Shown: positions 1 to 13,599 of the stretch, one piece after another
How the letters are laid out: every line of letters starts with the position of its first letter
Numbering within the stretch: position 1 is the stretch's first letter
DNA from: Raillietiella orientalis
Lineage: Eukaryota
NCBI GenBank assembly: GCA_036172245.1
Contig: JAYWIR010000027.1
Span: forward strand, 372,001-436,000
Direction: 5' to 3'
Length of the DNA: 64,000 nucleotides
Program-made: the position numbers and the translations under genes
Notes under the pieces: generated by a model
Databases searched by the model: none
What the model was told of the DNA's origin: nothing
What the model saw: the letters and a program-made list of their open reading frames with translations, nothing else

Positions 1-233
1 CCTGACCCCCATCTAATCTTGCCTTACCATCCGCCATAGAAGTACCTCCATTTAATACCATTCCGCGCTGCATGAGGAAGGAGCACCAAATGCGGTCCCA
101 TGACTAAGAACTAGAAGCCTGACTGTAGGTAGCGAACAAGGACACCTGGAAGCAGACCTCCAGAAAGCTGAAGGATGAAGTGGATCTGCAAAGTAAGGGG
201 AAATGGATGGAGTGGATACCAAACCCCAACTTA

Positions 234-387
234 GTGCCCATACCGGCTCTAAGGACGAAGAATGGCAGCAGCCAGCCGGCGGGTCAGGAACCCTCCTGAG
301 CCACTGCGCGAGGGATCCCTTCGGTGGCAAGAACTGTTGGGTGTGGCTCCCGAAGAAAACTTGCGGTCTCTCCTTTGTGAGCGGACA
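234..387. repeat. 154-bp direct repeat, copy 1 (copy 2 at 3923-4076)
   Basis: gtgcccataccggctc...gtgagcggaca recurs at offset +3689 with one visible mismatch (aactg vs aaccg). Confidence 0.95.
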
Positions 388-2849
388 AGCGTGTCGATGG
401 AACGCGAAAGCGAGCCTAAAGGAAGAGTCCCAGAGATCCAGGAACGCTGCCACGGTCAACAGGATCTTAGCACCGTTGTTTCCAATGCGGATTTCTAGAG
501 TGCAGTTTCCAGGGAGCGTATTAGCCACAGAGGCTAAGGAAGTTGCATCGCCATGGAGTAAGTGATGGCCAGAGATGCTGCGCCTATTTTGGTTTTCGTG
601 AACGTTCAGCTCAATAGTTCATGCGTGGTGCCATTGTGATGTGTGAAGCCCACGAAGACACGCACTATCGTTCGACCAGAAATGAAATTTCATTGGGATT
701 CTGGTGTTCTCGATTGAAGGAAAAATCCGAGATGCGCTTAGTGTAGAAAAACGCGCTGCTAATTGAGAGGTGCGTGCTTATGCAAAGGAAAGGGGGGGGG
801 GGGTCTGAAGCACGTGCTGCAGGTTACGGTGGCACATGCAGTCCTAATGTGAAGGACACGGCTTTCAAAGATGGGAGGGGAGGGTAGTTAAGAGTGAGCT
901 TTTCTCTAAATATTAGATACTGGAGGAATTTATTCCGAACCCCTCCAGGATAAATTGTCGAGCAGATCTAGAAGATCCAGTTTTTCTCTTTCTTCCAATG
1001 ATGGATGACAGATCAATGCGGGATCAGGATTCAGGAGTATCTCGTTTCGTTCCGTGAAAGCAATGGTTAAAAGCGCCTCCTTTGCGAAGCTGGATCAACA
1101 ATCGTTACGATAGCAACTCCCACAAGGACTGCACGTTTTTTTTTTTCTGTCCTGTCGTAATCAGAATGCAACAATTGAGAGAGAGGGAAGGGAAAAAAGC
1201 AGGCACGCATGATCACTGTGCTGAGGTTTCCACGGAAACCGGGATCCTATTATGTCCACAAACATTCCGTCTCTTAGAAACCATTACGCGATGGCACGAC
1301 TGCGTACGTGCAAGGTTATCACAGACAGCAGGCAGAGCTTGGCCTTTTTATCCTTACCATCAAATAGCAAAGCATTTCGTACTTCAGCGACATCCATCAA
1401 CGCTTTCCCTTAATCCCGCAATGCACGATTCGCCATTGCCACTTTGCTTCTTCGGGAGGAGATCGGAGATCCTTCTGCACTCCAAGCTGATGGCATTTTC
1501 AAGGTTAAAAACCAAAAATCCTCCAGGCAGTGCACTTTTAACCGAGACGAGGGAAGACGAAGAAAAGAAAAGAAAGAAAGAAATCCGATTCCGTCTCGAG
1601 AAAACTATCCTGCTTGCGGTGGGATGTTGCATCTTTGAGGAGGCAGTCCATGTCCATGCCTGGCATTGCTGCAAGGGTGCGTAGAGTGCGAAATGCTGTG
1701 CTATCTGATGGAAGAAATGACTTGACAGAAACCCTTGGTAGTTTGCACAAGTGAAATGAAGGAGAACGGCTAACGACTTGTTGGCTATGAAGAGTAGTTG
1801 AGGCAGTAATTGAGAAGCCATGGACATGAAAAGTAATTGAGACATGGACAATGGAGGAGATATTAACAGCAGACCACGGTTTGCCAGCAGGATTAGCAAA
1901 TGGCGGTCGGCGAAGAGCTCATGCATACATATCCTTATTTTCCTTTAAAGGTTAAAGTGGTGGAAATTTTCTCTATGCAAGTTCCAATAGAGATGCAGCT
2001 ATCAGAGGGAATAAAACGAAATGCAAGACATAATGTGATCCCATCTAGGTGTAATTTCTTAGAGGGATGGGGATGGATCTCGTTGAGCGTTTTCTCGAGC
2101 ACAGTAAATCGATAACCGTTAAACTACAGGATGCCCCTCCCTCAAGCGCGGGGTTAGCCAAGCCGGTGTCCTAGATGCTCCGGCGAGCAAAAAAGCTGGA
2201 TCCTCAAAGCAAAGAGCTGCTGCCGCACTAGATGAGGGTGATTATAGGAGGTCGTGCTTCTCATCTGGATGAGTTCAGTACTGGGGATTCTCTTAGTCGG
2301 CTGAGGAGGCAGGCGTCGAAGCAGGGTAGAGGAACGGAAGACGCAGTCGGGTGGAATCAAGATGGATGCTAAATGCTAATGAGCTAGGTAGCATTGTCTT
2401 GTGTGGTCACTGTGGTGTTGCCTAGAGGTGATGATAAGCTGATAAATTGGACTTGTAACTGTTCTTCGTAAATAAAGAATGGGGATTTACTTAACCTTCA
2501 AGCACGAAGCGCATTTCAAAATTAAGAGCCCATTGGCTATAAAGAAAGAACAAATAAGAGGAAAAAAAATTTATTCGTGGTTCCAAACACATACATCCCC
2601 GTGTCATTTTTCTACGTGGTCACCATTTTTTTTCAAAAACTTTCGATACCCTGGAACAAGCTTTTTTTTGAACCCTCTGCATGGGGTTCCGCCGCCTGGG
2701 AGTTCAGCCAGTTCAGAACTGCAGTTTTCCACTCTTCATCTTCCTCCTCGAATCGTTGAGCCACTTCTTGAGGTGCAGAAGGACGTGGTAGTCAGTGGGC
2801 GCGTTGTCAGGACTGGGTGATCAAAAAGTTCCCATTTGAATTTCCGAAT

Positions 2850-3600
2850 TTTTAAAGGTTAGTACCTCTCGTTGGATATGTGGCATTGCGGCATCTGATG
2901 ATGAAGTTCGAACTCTTGAACCTAGAAATTCTCTGGAAGAAGGATGAGAACCAGACTGCAGCGGCGCTGTTCTTTGGTGTGCGGTTTCCAAGAGAGCGAT
3001 GGGATACCGTCCTTGAAGTTCGACCACGATGGTTTCATACTTGGAATAGCAGTGCAGGCTCACTCCGGGCATCCGTGTCGCAACCATGTGAGCACTCGAG
3101 TTGTCCAACGAATGGGACTCTCAGAGGATCGCTGCAGAAATGGGTCATTGGATCACTGTGTTCGTCTGCTTCTTCCTTGCTTGCCTGAGGGTGCAGCAAT
3201 TGAAGACTGAGAAGACGAGACAGTACAGGAAGACATCGCACGATCAAGACAGCCGCTTTAATTGGACCACGCTGCTCTCCTCGTATGCGTCCCAGATGAC
3301 CTGAATCTTCTGCGAATGGCGGAACTCGAGGAAGCCGTCTTGGGATTCCAGTGAGTGTCGGTGAGATTTCAGCGCCAATATGAAGGCGGAAAATTACGTG
3401 GGGCAATTCTCAGAAAGAGAGTCGTGCGTCCGTCAACTTTGTCCAGGTCGTCCGAAAATTCGGATGCCATTCGCAACAGCGGCATTTGCGACTGGCTCGG
3501 CTTCGAGTTATCCGCGTTACCGTCATGGTCCGCCATGTGACCCGAGACGCTGACGCGGCGAAGGGAGCTCAGCCTGCTTGGCAGCCACCAATACGAGGAC
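2850..3600 (+). mobile_element. Possible decayed Penelope-like RT thumb/linker remnant
   Basis: Frame-broken peptides LWKKDENQ..LFFG and FILGIAVQAHSGHP loosely resemble the Penelope FT.E..LPFLD and YRK.THS motifs; by eye only. Confidence 0.25.
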
Positions 3601-4575
3601 GGCTGCTGCAAAGTGGCCTCAGCCAGAAGTCGAGTCGGGAACCGCCGGCATGCAGCATCGGTTCCAGACGGAAGGAACGGCTTAAGTCAAAGACCCCCTT
3701 GTCCCCACCTTTCTTTTATTTATTTAGCTATCGTCCCCTTCCTCCCATTTCGGACTTCTAGAGTGGCCGACCTGCGTATCGGCTGACCCTCCACTTGAGC
3801 TTTTGTTGTTGTTGTTGTTTTGCATCGGAAACCGCGTTCCCGACTTGTTCATTTTAGTTGAAGAAACTTCCCGGCGAGACCGGGTGATGAGGTTAATGGG
3901 GGTGGACGCGCGCGGTAACCTCGTGCCCATACCGGCTCTAAGGACGAAGAATGGCAGCAGCCAGCCGGCGGGTCAGGAACCCTCCTGAGCCACTGCGCGA
4001 GGGATCCCTTCGGTGGCAAGAACCGTTGGGTGTGGCTCCCGAAGAAAACTTGCGGTCTCTCCTTTGTGAGCGGACACCTCGTCGTTCTCGCGGTGCGCTG
4101 GGACTCTTCGTGCAGCCGACGTCGGAACCTCGTCTCAGGGGGGAGCTGCGCCCCCCCTTACCCCGACCAGCTCAAGGACTGAGGCGCCTCCCGCTGGCTG
4201 CGGAGGAGGCTGGCATCTCCAGCTACGCTCCCGCTCCCGATTCCACCGCACGCAGAGGGCTCGCGCGCGGCAGGCGCCGTGACTGCAACAAGGATGCGCC
4301 GTCATCCGCGCTGTCGTCGCACGCCCCGCCTCGCTCTGGAGTCCCTGGTGCAGAGAAGGGAGGCCGCCCGCAGGGTGGTCTCACCAGGAAATCGAGTCGG
4401 GGATCACCGCCATCCAGCGCCAGTTCGGAGCAAGCAGGAGCAGCTACTGTCAAAGACCCTTCCTTGTCCCCTACCCTTTGTTTCATTTATTCTTCCCTTC
4501 CCTCCCATTCCGGACTGCTCCGGTGACCGACTTGCGCGCAAGTGACCCCCCCCCTCCTCTTTTTGTATTTGTCTT
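3595..4575. repeat. Diverged ~215-bp direct repeat pair (~3595-3810 and ~4358-4575)
   Basis: Shared blocks tcgagtcggg, gtcaaagaccc, ttgtcccc, ttccctcccatt(t/c)cggact and gtg(g/a)ccgac at offset ~763. Confidence 0.7.
3923..4076. repeat. 154-bp direct repeat, copy 2
   Basis: Near-identical to 234-387. Confidence 0.95.
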
Positions 4576-6000
4576 TGTTCTGAGAACTGACTCCCAAGGT
4601 GTTTGTTTATTTCTCCCCCCCCGCACCTCCTCCCATAACAAAAGTCCGAGAGTGACCGGGAGGAAACGCTCACCTGCTCCTGCGGCCGGATTCGCCTCGC
4701 GGCGCAGAGCATGCGCACTTCAGAAGGCGATCTTCGTGGATGGGCGCTTCCCCTCCCTCTTAAACTGCGTCCTGCGCACCGGGACCGTGGTGCCGCAGGA
4801 GGGTCTTTGGGGAGAGCTGACCAGAGACCGCGCTAACATCAGGATGAAGTCTTCTTCGAATGGTGAGGAGGAGGGAGGGCTCGAACGAACCTTCGGACCA
4901 CCTTCAAATTTCCCTACACGTCTCCCTACCTCCCTTCCTTACCCCTTCCCATCCTCCGCTGCGTGCCCGGATCCTCGGACTCGTCGCTGCGCGAGACGCG
5001 CCTTCGCTCGCGGACGCGTGCGCCGCAGCATGCCGGAGCTCAGGAGCAGCAGCGGAGGACGCTGGAGCGTGCTTCGAGGGTGGAAGGGCATCTTGGCTTG
5101 GCGCTTCTTTCGGGACCTGTCTTGCACCTCCTGGGAGCCGCTTCCAGGAGGAGAGTTCAGGGACGGGCAAACGAAACGAAAGAGCGGAGGCTGCGCAGCA
5201 GATTCCCTCCCGACTGGGTCATTTTTGAAACAAATGCGAAGGGTGCGCGGAGGGCACAAGGGTGACCCGACGCACCCGAACGTATCCTATGCATTCTTCC
5301 TCGCCTTTTCGATGACAGGTGCATCTCCCTCTCTAGGATGACCGCCGACCACCGTCCTTGGAGAGGGAGGGGGAGATGAGGGAGGGTAGCGCTGCGGTCT
5401 CCGCCTCCCACTGTGGGTATGCCGAGAGCATGGAGAGCATTGACGCAATTCGGAGAAAACAGCTGCCGAGGAGTACCTGCGCGCAGGACACAGGGAGGGG
5501 GAGATGCGAGGGCTGGTCTTCTAGGAGCTTTTCGTAGACCCGAATGTCCGTGAACGCAGGAGGCATTTGAAACACCGATGAACTCTTTTTTTTTTTTTGG
5601 CACGTGAATGCAATGCCCTCGAGGGGCAAGAGGGAAAGGAGGAGAGCGACAAGGTGAGTCGGCGTGAATTTCCGTTTCCTTGCCTCCGGGGGATGCTCCC
5701 GAATGCCTCTCGAGGAGGCGCCGGCGGAGAACCTCGGGGCAAGAGGAGCTATAAAATTCCCTCCCTCCTCCCCGAGGAGAAGAGACAAGGGTTCCCTAGG
5801 AAGCGGCCCCGTCGTCCCTTTGCCCCCTCGGCGCCTTCCGTGTGTACTGTGGTTCCTTGGGGAGAGGAGCTCGGGGATCAGCGCCTTCTGCCGGGCTCTT
5901 GGGAAGGGAGACGAGGGCAGAAAGAGGGAGGGAGCACTTGGAAGAGGACCGCGTGCGCTGGCAAGGGGGCAGCGGTTATCCCAGGACGGAGGGGCAGGGG

Positions 6001-9000
6001 CTACGGCCGCAGCTGGAGAGGAGTGCCCACGCTTCCCTTCCACCTGTCCAGCGCCTTGCGTGCGGCGTCCATCCTGTTCTGTCTGCGTTGCTGGCGGCGC
6101 TTGTAAAGTATTTCGATGATGATGAGCCCCACACCTCCCACGACGCCGACCGCCACCAGGATGAAGACTCCGGCCATGTTCTCCAGGCCCAGAGTTGCCG
6201 GCGTCTTCTCGTCTTCCATGCAGTTGTTTGCGTTTCCCTGGAGGATCCACCGGTGGTCCAGGTCCTCCATGAACCCATCTGTGGGGAGGAGATGATGGGA
6301 AAAGAATCACTCGGAGGGGAGGACACCGATCGCTGCGCACGGAGGCGTCCGCAAGAGGCCACACGGCTCCAGGAAGAGAGGAAGGAGAGGAAAGATGAGG
6401 GATGAGGGTGAAGTGGAGGGGGAAGGGAGGAAAGGAAGGAGAAGGAAAGAAAGGAAGAAGAAAGGAGGAGGAGGAGGAAGGTAGGAAGAGGAAAGGAAGG
6501 CTCTTCCGCTTTCCCCTTGGACTCCTCCTCAAAAACTTTGCAAAACAAAAAATAAAAAATTACGCACTCTCGTGAAAGGTCAGGATGGTCAGGGTGACCT
6601 TTTCCGTCCAGGGAGATTTCTTCCGGAAGCCGATGGCATACCCTGACCTGCCGAAGAGGTCTCCAGCCGTGACCAGTTCACAGTCCTGCGCGGCCTCGAA
6701 CTCCAGGCGGCTGCTGTCCCAGATGAAAGCGTTGAGCCTCCTGGAAAGGTTGCAGAGCAGCCTTTCCCTCGCCTCCCAGTTCCCCTTGGATTCCCCTCCG
6801 CTCCATGGCTCACCCTTCTTTGACGGCGAGGATGGCTTCCTCGGCACTGTCGAAGTTGCTGCTCTCCATCGTGCGGTACACGTGCGACAGCTCCACCTGG
6901 CGCCGGAAGTACATGTCCACGGCTGAGCCCCTCACCGTGGCGTAGGTGAAGTTGTCCGAGGGATTCCTCAACTGGAAGGATGCGAACAGGTACTCTCACG
7001 GAGGATGGAAGTGGGATGAGAGGGGCCGTGCCTACCCTGGCGTCGTGGATGCCCGTGAGACTTGTTTTGGGGCGGTCCAAGACCAGGAAGGCCGCCAGGT
7101 TCGCCGTGTACGAGGCCACGATGATCATGGCGAAGCCTGCCCACACCATGCCGAGGACACGGGCGGAAAAGCTCCTGGGCGTGCCTGGAAAGAAGCATGA
7201 CCTCGGGTGCAAGAAGTGGGGTGGGGTGGAGCCCCCTGACCTTCTCCGATGCCGCTGTTGAGCAGCACCCCCCAAGCGAACCAGATGGCACTGGATAGGT
7301 TGAGGGCATCCTCCTCGGTCCTGCTCGAATGGGCGAGCCGGTAGCGCCCGAAAGGGGAGAAACGGTCCAGAAGGTAGAGCGCCAGGGCCACCACGTGGAC
7401 AGAGACCATCACTAGGATCCAGAGGGTGTCCCGGAAGGGTTGAAGGAAGGAAACCAGCTTGGAAGTCTTCGGTTGCTACGGAGAGGGGGAAGAAGAGGAC
7501 ATGGGCAAAATCAGGCAGGAGGAAGGGATGATTAGAAGAGGGACTAACCTTCTTCTCGAGGATGGTGATGCCCTGGTACTTGAAGGGCTTGCTGAACTCG
7601 ATGGCCTGAGCGCGTTCCGGGTTGATAGTCAGCGGCGCCACGATGAGGTCCCCCCTTTCGGCGACCAGCTCTCCGACGACCCCGGTCCACTGCTTCTTTA
7701 CTGGAAGGAGCCGAGATGAACTAGTTCAGACCCTCGCAGCAACAGCCTCCTTCGTATGCGCGCGGGTAAGAGGAGAGAGGATCTTCTGTCCCTTCCACCT
7801 CCGAGGGGTCCCCAGCTTCCCTTCCTTCCTCCGAAGGCCCCATTCCCCCCGGAAGGAAAACCCAGGCTAAGGAAGAAGGAAAAAAGGAGAATTCTTTCGC
7901 CTGAGAAAACGCTGGGAAGAACTGCACCTCGGGTTTTCGGGGGCGCCGGCTCCCGCCACACTAGGATTTGTTTCATCAGTCTGATCACGTGGAAGACGGG
8001 GACAAACAAAAGGGGGACAGTAGGAGTCGTGGCAGCGATGACCATGTAATAGACGAGAGAGCGGAATCGAGTTCCACACGGAACGGAGCCAGAGCTCCCC
8101 TCTCCAAACTGCCGAAAAGGAACGCCCTGGACCACGAGGGGATCTCTGGAGCGGGGACAGAGGACGCGCGTACAGAATACGGACCGGGACTCTTAGGGAT
8201 GTGGCCGGCTCACGCGCCTTCGATAGTCCTCATGCCCCTCCCTTTGTCCGTCGCTTGACACTCTCAGAAACGTATTCGTGTGGTATCTGCATAGGGACAG
8301 GCGCAAGACGGTGCTCCTGGAAGTGTGGCTACATGGGCGTCTGGTCCGACGCCGGCCTCGGCCCCGCCACTCTCCCGACCAGTCGCTCTGGGCGGCAGCG
8401 GCAGCGCGGAGCGCAGAGTTTGCAGCTCCCTCCCCTTCTCGTTCAAGATGACCCCCGCGGCGAAGGCGCCACCACTCCTCTTCTCTGCCACCAGTCGCCC
8501 AGCCTCGTGCAGGACGCATGGAAGCTCCGCGAGCGTCCTGACGGGTGGGGGAGGGTAGCAGGACACCCGTGGCGTTTCAGATGGATTCCGGAGTTCCCTC
8601 CCTCTCTGAACATCGTCAGTCTAGGCTCTGCACATAGTCAGCCTGAACGGCCGTAGCCCAGCGACGGTCGGCAAGCTGGCAGAAGGATTCGCTAAGACTC
8701 GCCCGCCAAAGTTGTGGCCGTCGGCCTTCCAGAGAACCCTGGAGAAAGTGGGGCTAGGGATGGGCAGCGAATGCAACTGAAGTGTTCCCCTACTCCCCTC
8801 CTGCACCCGGTCTGTCGAAGGGGGTAGAGGATGGACGGAATCGAAGGAAGCACGCTGACCTTCCCCTTCCCCCGTTCTACCTAGCGACTCACCCGTGACG
8901 TTGTTGTGGACCAGGTGACCGTATTGCCCTCCAACGACCAAGCGGAGCACGAAGGTAAAGTTGACCTTGGCGGCGAGCTCCAGCAGCAGGTCAATGCAGT

Positions 9001-11575
9001 ACCCGCGGCAGCAGTGCGCCTCCGCGTTGGCGGTGTCGAAGTCGCTCCAGCAGGGCGTCTCCCCTTGGCGGCAGACTTCCCCCTTCCAAGGGTGAATGCG
9101 GCGCGAGTAGACGAACGGCTTCTCCTCAATAGTGAGGACCATCAGCAGAGTGGAGATCTCGTAGCCGGCGGGCTTGGAGCGCGTTCTGCCGGGCCATATG
9201 ATGTGCTCGTCGAACACATTGAGCTCGACATGTCTGGTGACCTGGAACCAGGCGTCGCGGGGTTCCAGGAAACCCCGTCCCTACCCGCCCCGCCCTGCTT
9301 TCCCTCGCACGTACCGTGTTGTAGAAATACTGGCCCACCTTGACCTCCCGATGACCCCTTTGTATGTTGATGACGTCGTACTCGGCGTTCAGGCGGTCGC
9401 CGTTCTCGTCGAAGGCCACTTTTCCCGTCAGGCCGTCCAGGAGCACCTGCTTCTTGATGTAACTGGAGAGCAGGGAAGACTCGATTCTCGTCAACCCGTG
9501 GGGGACGAAGGAACCCGTGACCGGATTCATGGGATAGGATCCTCTCCTAAATTCCCTCCCTCGCATTCCCGTTTTCCCCTGGGGCAGCGGCGGTCGATCG
9601 ACTCGCGTCGCCCGGAACAACGCGGCGGTGCCGCCTTCAGGATGCCTTCCCTCCCACCGACCCGCTCCTTCCCGGATCTCACTTGAAGAAGGTGGACCCC
9701 GTCGTCCAGGGGAATCCGGTGTTGTTGCAGTCGCGGGGAGCCATGATGACCTCTTCGTTGGCGTGCATCTCGCCGAGAGCGTGGGCGAGGACGTTCCTAG
9801 GGAATGGACTCTAGGTATTCCCAGCGGGAGCCCGCACACGCCTCTCCCTCCTTCCGGGGGCAACTCACAGACTGTCGTGGATGTGCGCCGACTCGTTGCG
9901 CGCGTAGACAAGGCGTAGGCCGATGGCTCCCTCGGGGACATCCGGCGCTCTCAGAGCCTGCTCCGTGACGATCCACGCGTACCCCCGGGTCGTCATATTC
10001 AGCGCGGCGGCCTCGCGGAAGACGGAGCCAGCGTCTTCCTCGCTGCGAGGTGCACGAGCACGTGGCCTGCTGGGGGTCGAGAACCCTTCCTCCCTACCTG
10101 GCGTAGAGCAGGAACACGCGGGACTGGCTGCTGCTGGACTCCTGCAGGTCCTTGGGCAGCCTACTCGACCCGGGGTCGAATTCGATAGTCCTCTCAATCT
10201 GAAACAAGGGCGAGGAAAAGGGGCAGCCACAAGTGCGGGCAGCGTCCCTCCTTCCTCCTCTTCCCTTCCTGCCACTCGCCGAACTCAGACTGATCGCTGC
10301 CCTCTCCGACCCTTCGAGACCGCACCTTGGAAGTTCCTGCAGCCCCAGAACCTTCTTCTCGCTTTCGGAAGACCGCTCGCCAGTGATCCTTCCTCGCCTG
10401 GTTCCGCAGAGCGGAACGCAGACCCGATTGAAGATCAAAAGGGGAACGACCCCACTACCGATTTACGCTCGAGGTAGGAGGTAGGATGTCCCCACCCCTA
10501 TCGCGGCGCGAGGAGCCACCGTGGCATAGGCTGAGGAGAGCCGGCAGCGCGAGCGAGCGCCTCTCGGACTACGCACCCTGCCTTCTGACCTCACGCCACT
10601 CTATTCATTCGGCCTCCCAGCCGGTTACCCCGCTTTCCTCCCCCACCACGACCGCTCCCGTCTCCTCCTGCTCCTTCCTCCCCCGAGGGTTCCCCCCCCC
10701 CGCCCCTACCTTGATGTTGGTCTCACTGCTCTCGCTCATGTTGAGCGCGAGGCTCTGGAACCGCACGAGCAGAGACCTGCCGTCCGCTCCGCCGCTGTAG
10801 ACGATGACCACCTGCCTGAAGGCGAAGTGCTTCAGCAGTTGCATCCACACATCCGCTTGGTGGGAGAAGGGAGGCACGGTGCGCAGGAAGGACACATGGA
10901 CGTTCTGCCGGAGGGAGACAAAACGGGATGGAAAGGGGAAACGCCGGAAGATGGGGCCGGTGCCCGCCCCCCCTCTCCCACCTTATCCGAGAAGGCGCTG
11001 TCCCTGGAGCTGATGCCCACGACTGGGATGTGGTAGAAGCCGCTCGTGTAGGACACGGCCGCCGAAGAGTAGTCACCGTTTTCGGGGTGCGACACCACAA
11101 TGGCGTATACCTATAGGGGTGGATAGAGGAAGGAGGGGCGCCTCCTCCTCCATTTGCTCCCCACAAGGGGGCTTTGCTCACCTGCCTCCGGATGAGATGC
11201 TGGCAGATTTGCAGCGCGGCACGGATGGGGTTCGGGTTGACCAGCATCGTGGCGTCGTAGAGGGTCACATTCTCCGGGAGAAGGTCCTTCCTCTCGTTCA
11301 GCTCCTTCCGAGGGAGAGGAGAGGGAGGAAAGGGTGTGGTGGTGGGGGAGGAGGAGAAGGAGGAGGAGGATAGGGATTCCGCAAGGGCTCACCTGCACGA
11401 CCTGGGAGAAGAACTCCATGTTGGGGACGCTGCTCAGCACCCCCCCGAAGGAGTAGAACATCGGATTGACTCCTTCAAGGGGGAGTGCCAGCAGCAGCAG
11501 CAGCAGCAGCAGCCCTTGAGGCAGTGGAACGGACATCCAAGTGGCAAGGGAGGCGCTAGGTGCCTGGAGAGGCAT
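6001..11575 (-). CDS. Nmdar1: NMDA-type ionotropic glutamate receptor subunit 1 (GluN1), 15 coding exons; C-terminal end uncertain
   Basis: GT-AG exons with compatible phases: 11575-11393, 11304-11182, 11110-10982, 10904-10710, 10198-10098, 10042-9869, 9796-9683, 9462-9315, 9241-8893, 7700-7549, 7475-7241, 7184-7036, 6971-6814, 6740-6568, 6278-6001. Has a signal peptide (alternative ATG at 11536) and GluN1 motifs [38 protein letters not shown] (pore N-site), [40 protein letters not shown]. Confidence 0.95.
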
Positions 11576-12729
11576 GGGAGTGTTGAGGATCGTCCTCGTT
11601 CGTCTCCTGGAAAGCAGCTGCGCCGGGAAGCTGACCCGCCGAGGAGTGTATCATCCCGAACCCACACCTTTCACACTTAGCACTCGGAGCCCTGCCTTGA
11701 GGCAAGACGGAAGCCAAGGCGCAGTGAACCCACGAGACGAGGTGGACGCTGGGAGAGGGGATACAAGGGAAGACCTTTCTTGAATTAAGGTCGTCAGCAG
11801 GCCAAGGGAAGAAGGGATAAAAGGAAAAAAAAGAGTTTTAGAGCGAAGTTAGGGAGGTTGCAAGGATACCTCGAGGAGAAGGGTGGGAAAGAGAGCGGCG
11901 GGAAAAAGGTCCTTTCCCACATAAGTGGAAGACGAGCGACCCACTCTGCCCTTATCCCGCTGCCCCAGAGGCGAGGGGTGTCCCTCCTGCTCCCAGCGAT
12001 AGAAGTGAGTCTGCTCCCTCCACCTGCGTTCCCCCCTTTTCCACGCGACGAGCAATCTTCCCGACTTACCGGTCTGCCAGGACGCGCGCGCGATCTTGCA
12101 GCCTCCGCGACGGGGAGCGGGCAATTGGTACAGGGAGCCGTTCGGATGCTGGAGGAGCGCGCCGGCGCCGGCCAAATCGATTCGTTCTCTTTGCCTTTCT
12201 CCTTCCCGGTCCGCAGGCGGATGCAGCGGTACCCGGCTGAGCAGAGGATCGTTTCCAGGCGACCAGCTCGGAACGATGGGGAGTCCTCCTCCCCTTTAGC
12301 TCCATCCCCCGAGGCGGGCGGCGCTGCCACTGCGCTGACGCAAACGACCATTGGTTTGTCTCTTAAGCACCCGATCATCCTTTTCCTTCCACCCCTTCTC
12401 CTTTACTCCAGGAGGGAGTGAGGGCTCTCAAAGATGGAGGACAGTGGGATAAAAAACGGGGGGAGTGGAAGAGAAGGGATGCTGGCGCTCCTCCAGAACG
12501 CAAATAGTCGCTCCAGAGAACCTCCCAGCGTTCCTGCAGCTGCACAGGAGGGAGCCAGCTAGCAGGAATTTGATTCCCTTCCTTGCTCCTCCCAACTCCT
12601 GCCCTTCCCATCACCTGAGTGGCATGCGCAGGTCGGCACAGGGAAGGGAAAGCAGAAAAGAAAGCTGGAACCCAAGAGATCAATCTCTGTCTGCTGCAGG
12701 TTGCAACCATCCCTACAGTCGGCAAGAGA

Positions 12730-13131
12730 CAGCGTCAACAAAAGGGACGTAGATGGGGAGATGCAGAATCGCCATCCATCTTCCCAAAACATCCCAGAAA
12801 GGGCATCGTCAATTCAAACCTCCTCAACAACCATCCCGGCACGCAAGCGGAACAGCCTCCAAGACCGCCGGTAGGAACTTCAGGCGGCCAAAGAACTCAC
12901 CTTTGGATTCCGCAAAGCTCAGACGGTTCACGTGCAGAAGTTCATAGTAGGGATGCAGAGACCGACAACAGACCCATGAGGACGACGAACACATTCCAAG
13001 AGCACCTTCCCACACGATAGAAACCATACAGCATCCTTGTCAAACAACACAGACAGCATGGCAAACAGAGCATACTCAACGGCTTCCACTCGTGGGAAAA
13101 GAAAGGCACACGATTAAGAAGAAACGATGGA
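12730..13131 (+). mobile_element. Possible decayed Penelope-like RT C-terminal/thumb remnant abutting the left arm
   Basis: Broken peptides NLLNNHP and RRTHS..H.AS..SMANRAY resemble the Penelope LN..HP and RK.TH..S.HP..RA motifs; by eye. Confidence 0.3.
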
Positions 13132-13599
13132 ATTCATCTGAGAACATCACCGGAGCGCACCGGAGTCCGCCTCAGAGGATTCGAGAGGACGAGAAGACCG
13201 ACAAAGAAGCTGAGAGGAGGAGCACGATTCCCACCATCGCTCTTGTTGTCCTTTCCGCAATACAGTCATTATCAGCAATTCAAGCGCACAAGGCAACCTT
13301 TTCTTTACGGGAACCCCCAACGCGGCAGCACCTCATTGCGGCCAACACAACGCAACCGACGGGTGCAACCTGGTCCCAGCAACTACGCTCGCCTGCTTCC
13401 AGCCAAGCCCCGCCCAACAACCTACAACCACCACCGGAGTGGAGCACTCGTCACACTCCCCATCCCACGAACGCATGGGGCAGCATCCCCTTGCGCGCAA
13501 GCCTACGCGCGCAGGCTGCTTCCCGAGTCCACACGATTGCCGGAATCCACCGGACCACGCGTCAACGCTCCCACCTCGTTTCGTGCCGGATGCTCACCC

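Noticed and set aside
235..4076. LTR retrotransposon bounded by TG..CA repeats
   Set aside because: No TSD, PBS, PPT or gag/pol recognisable between the copies
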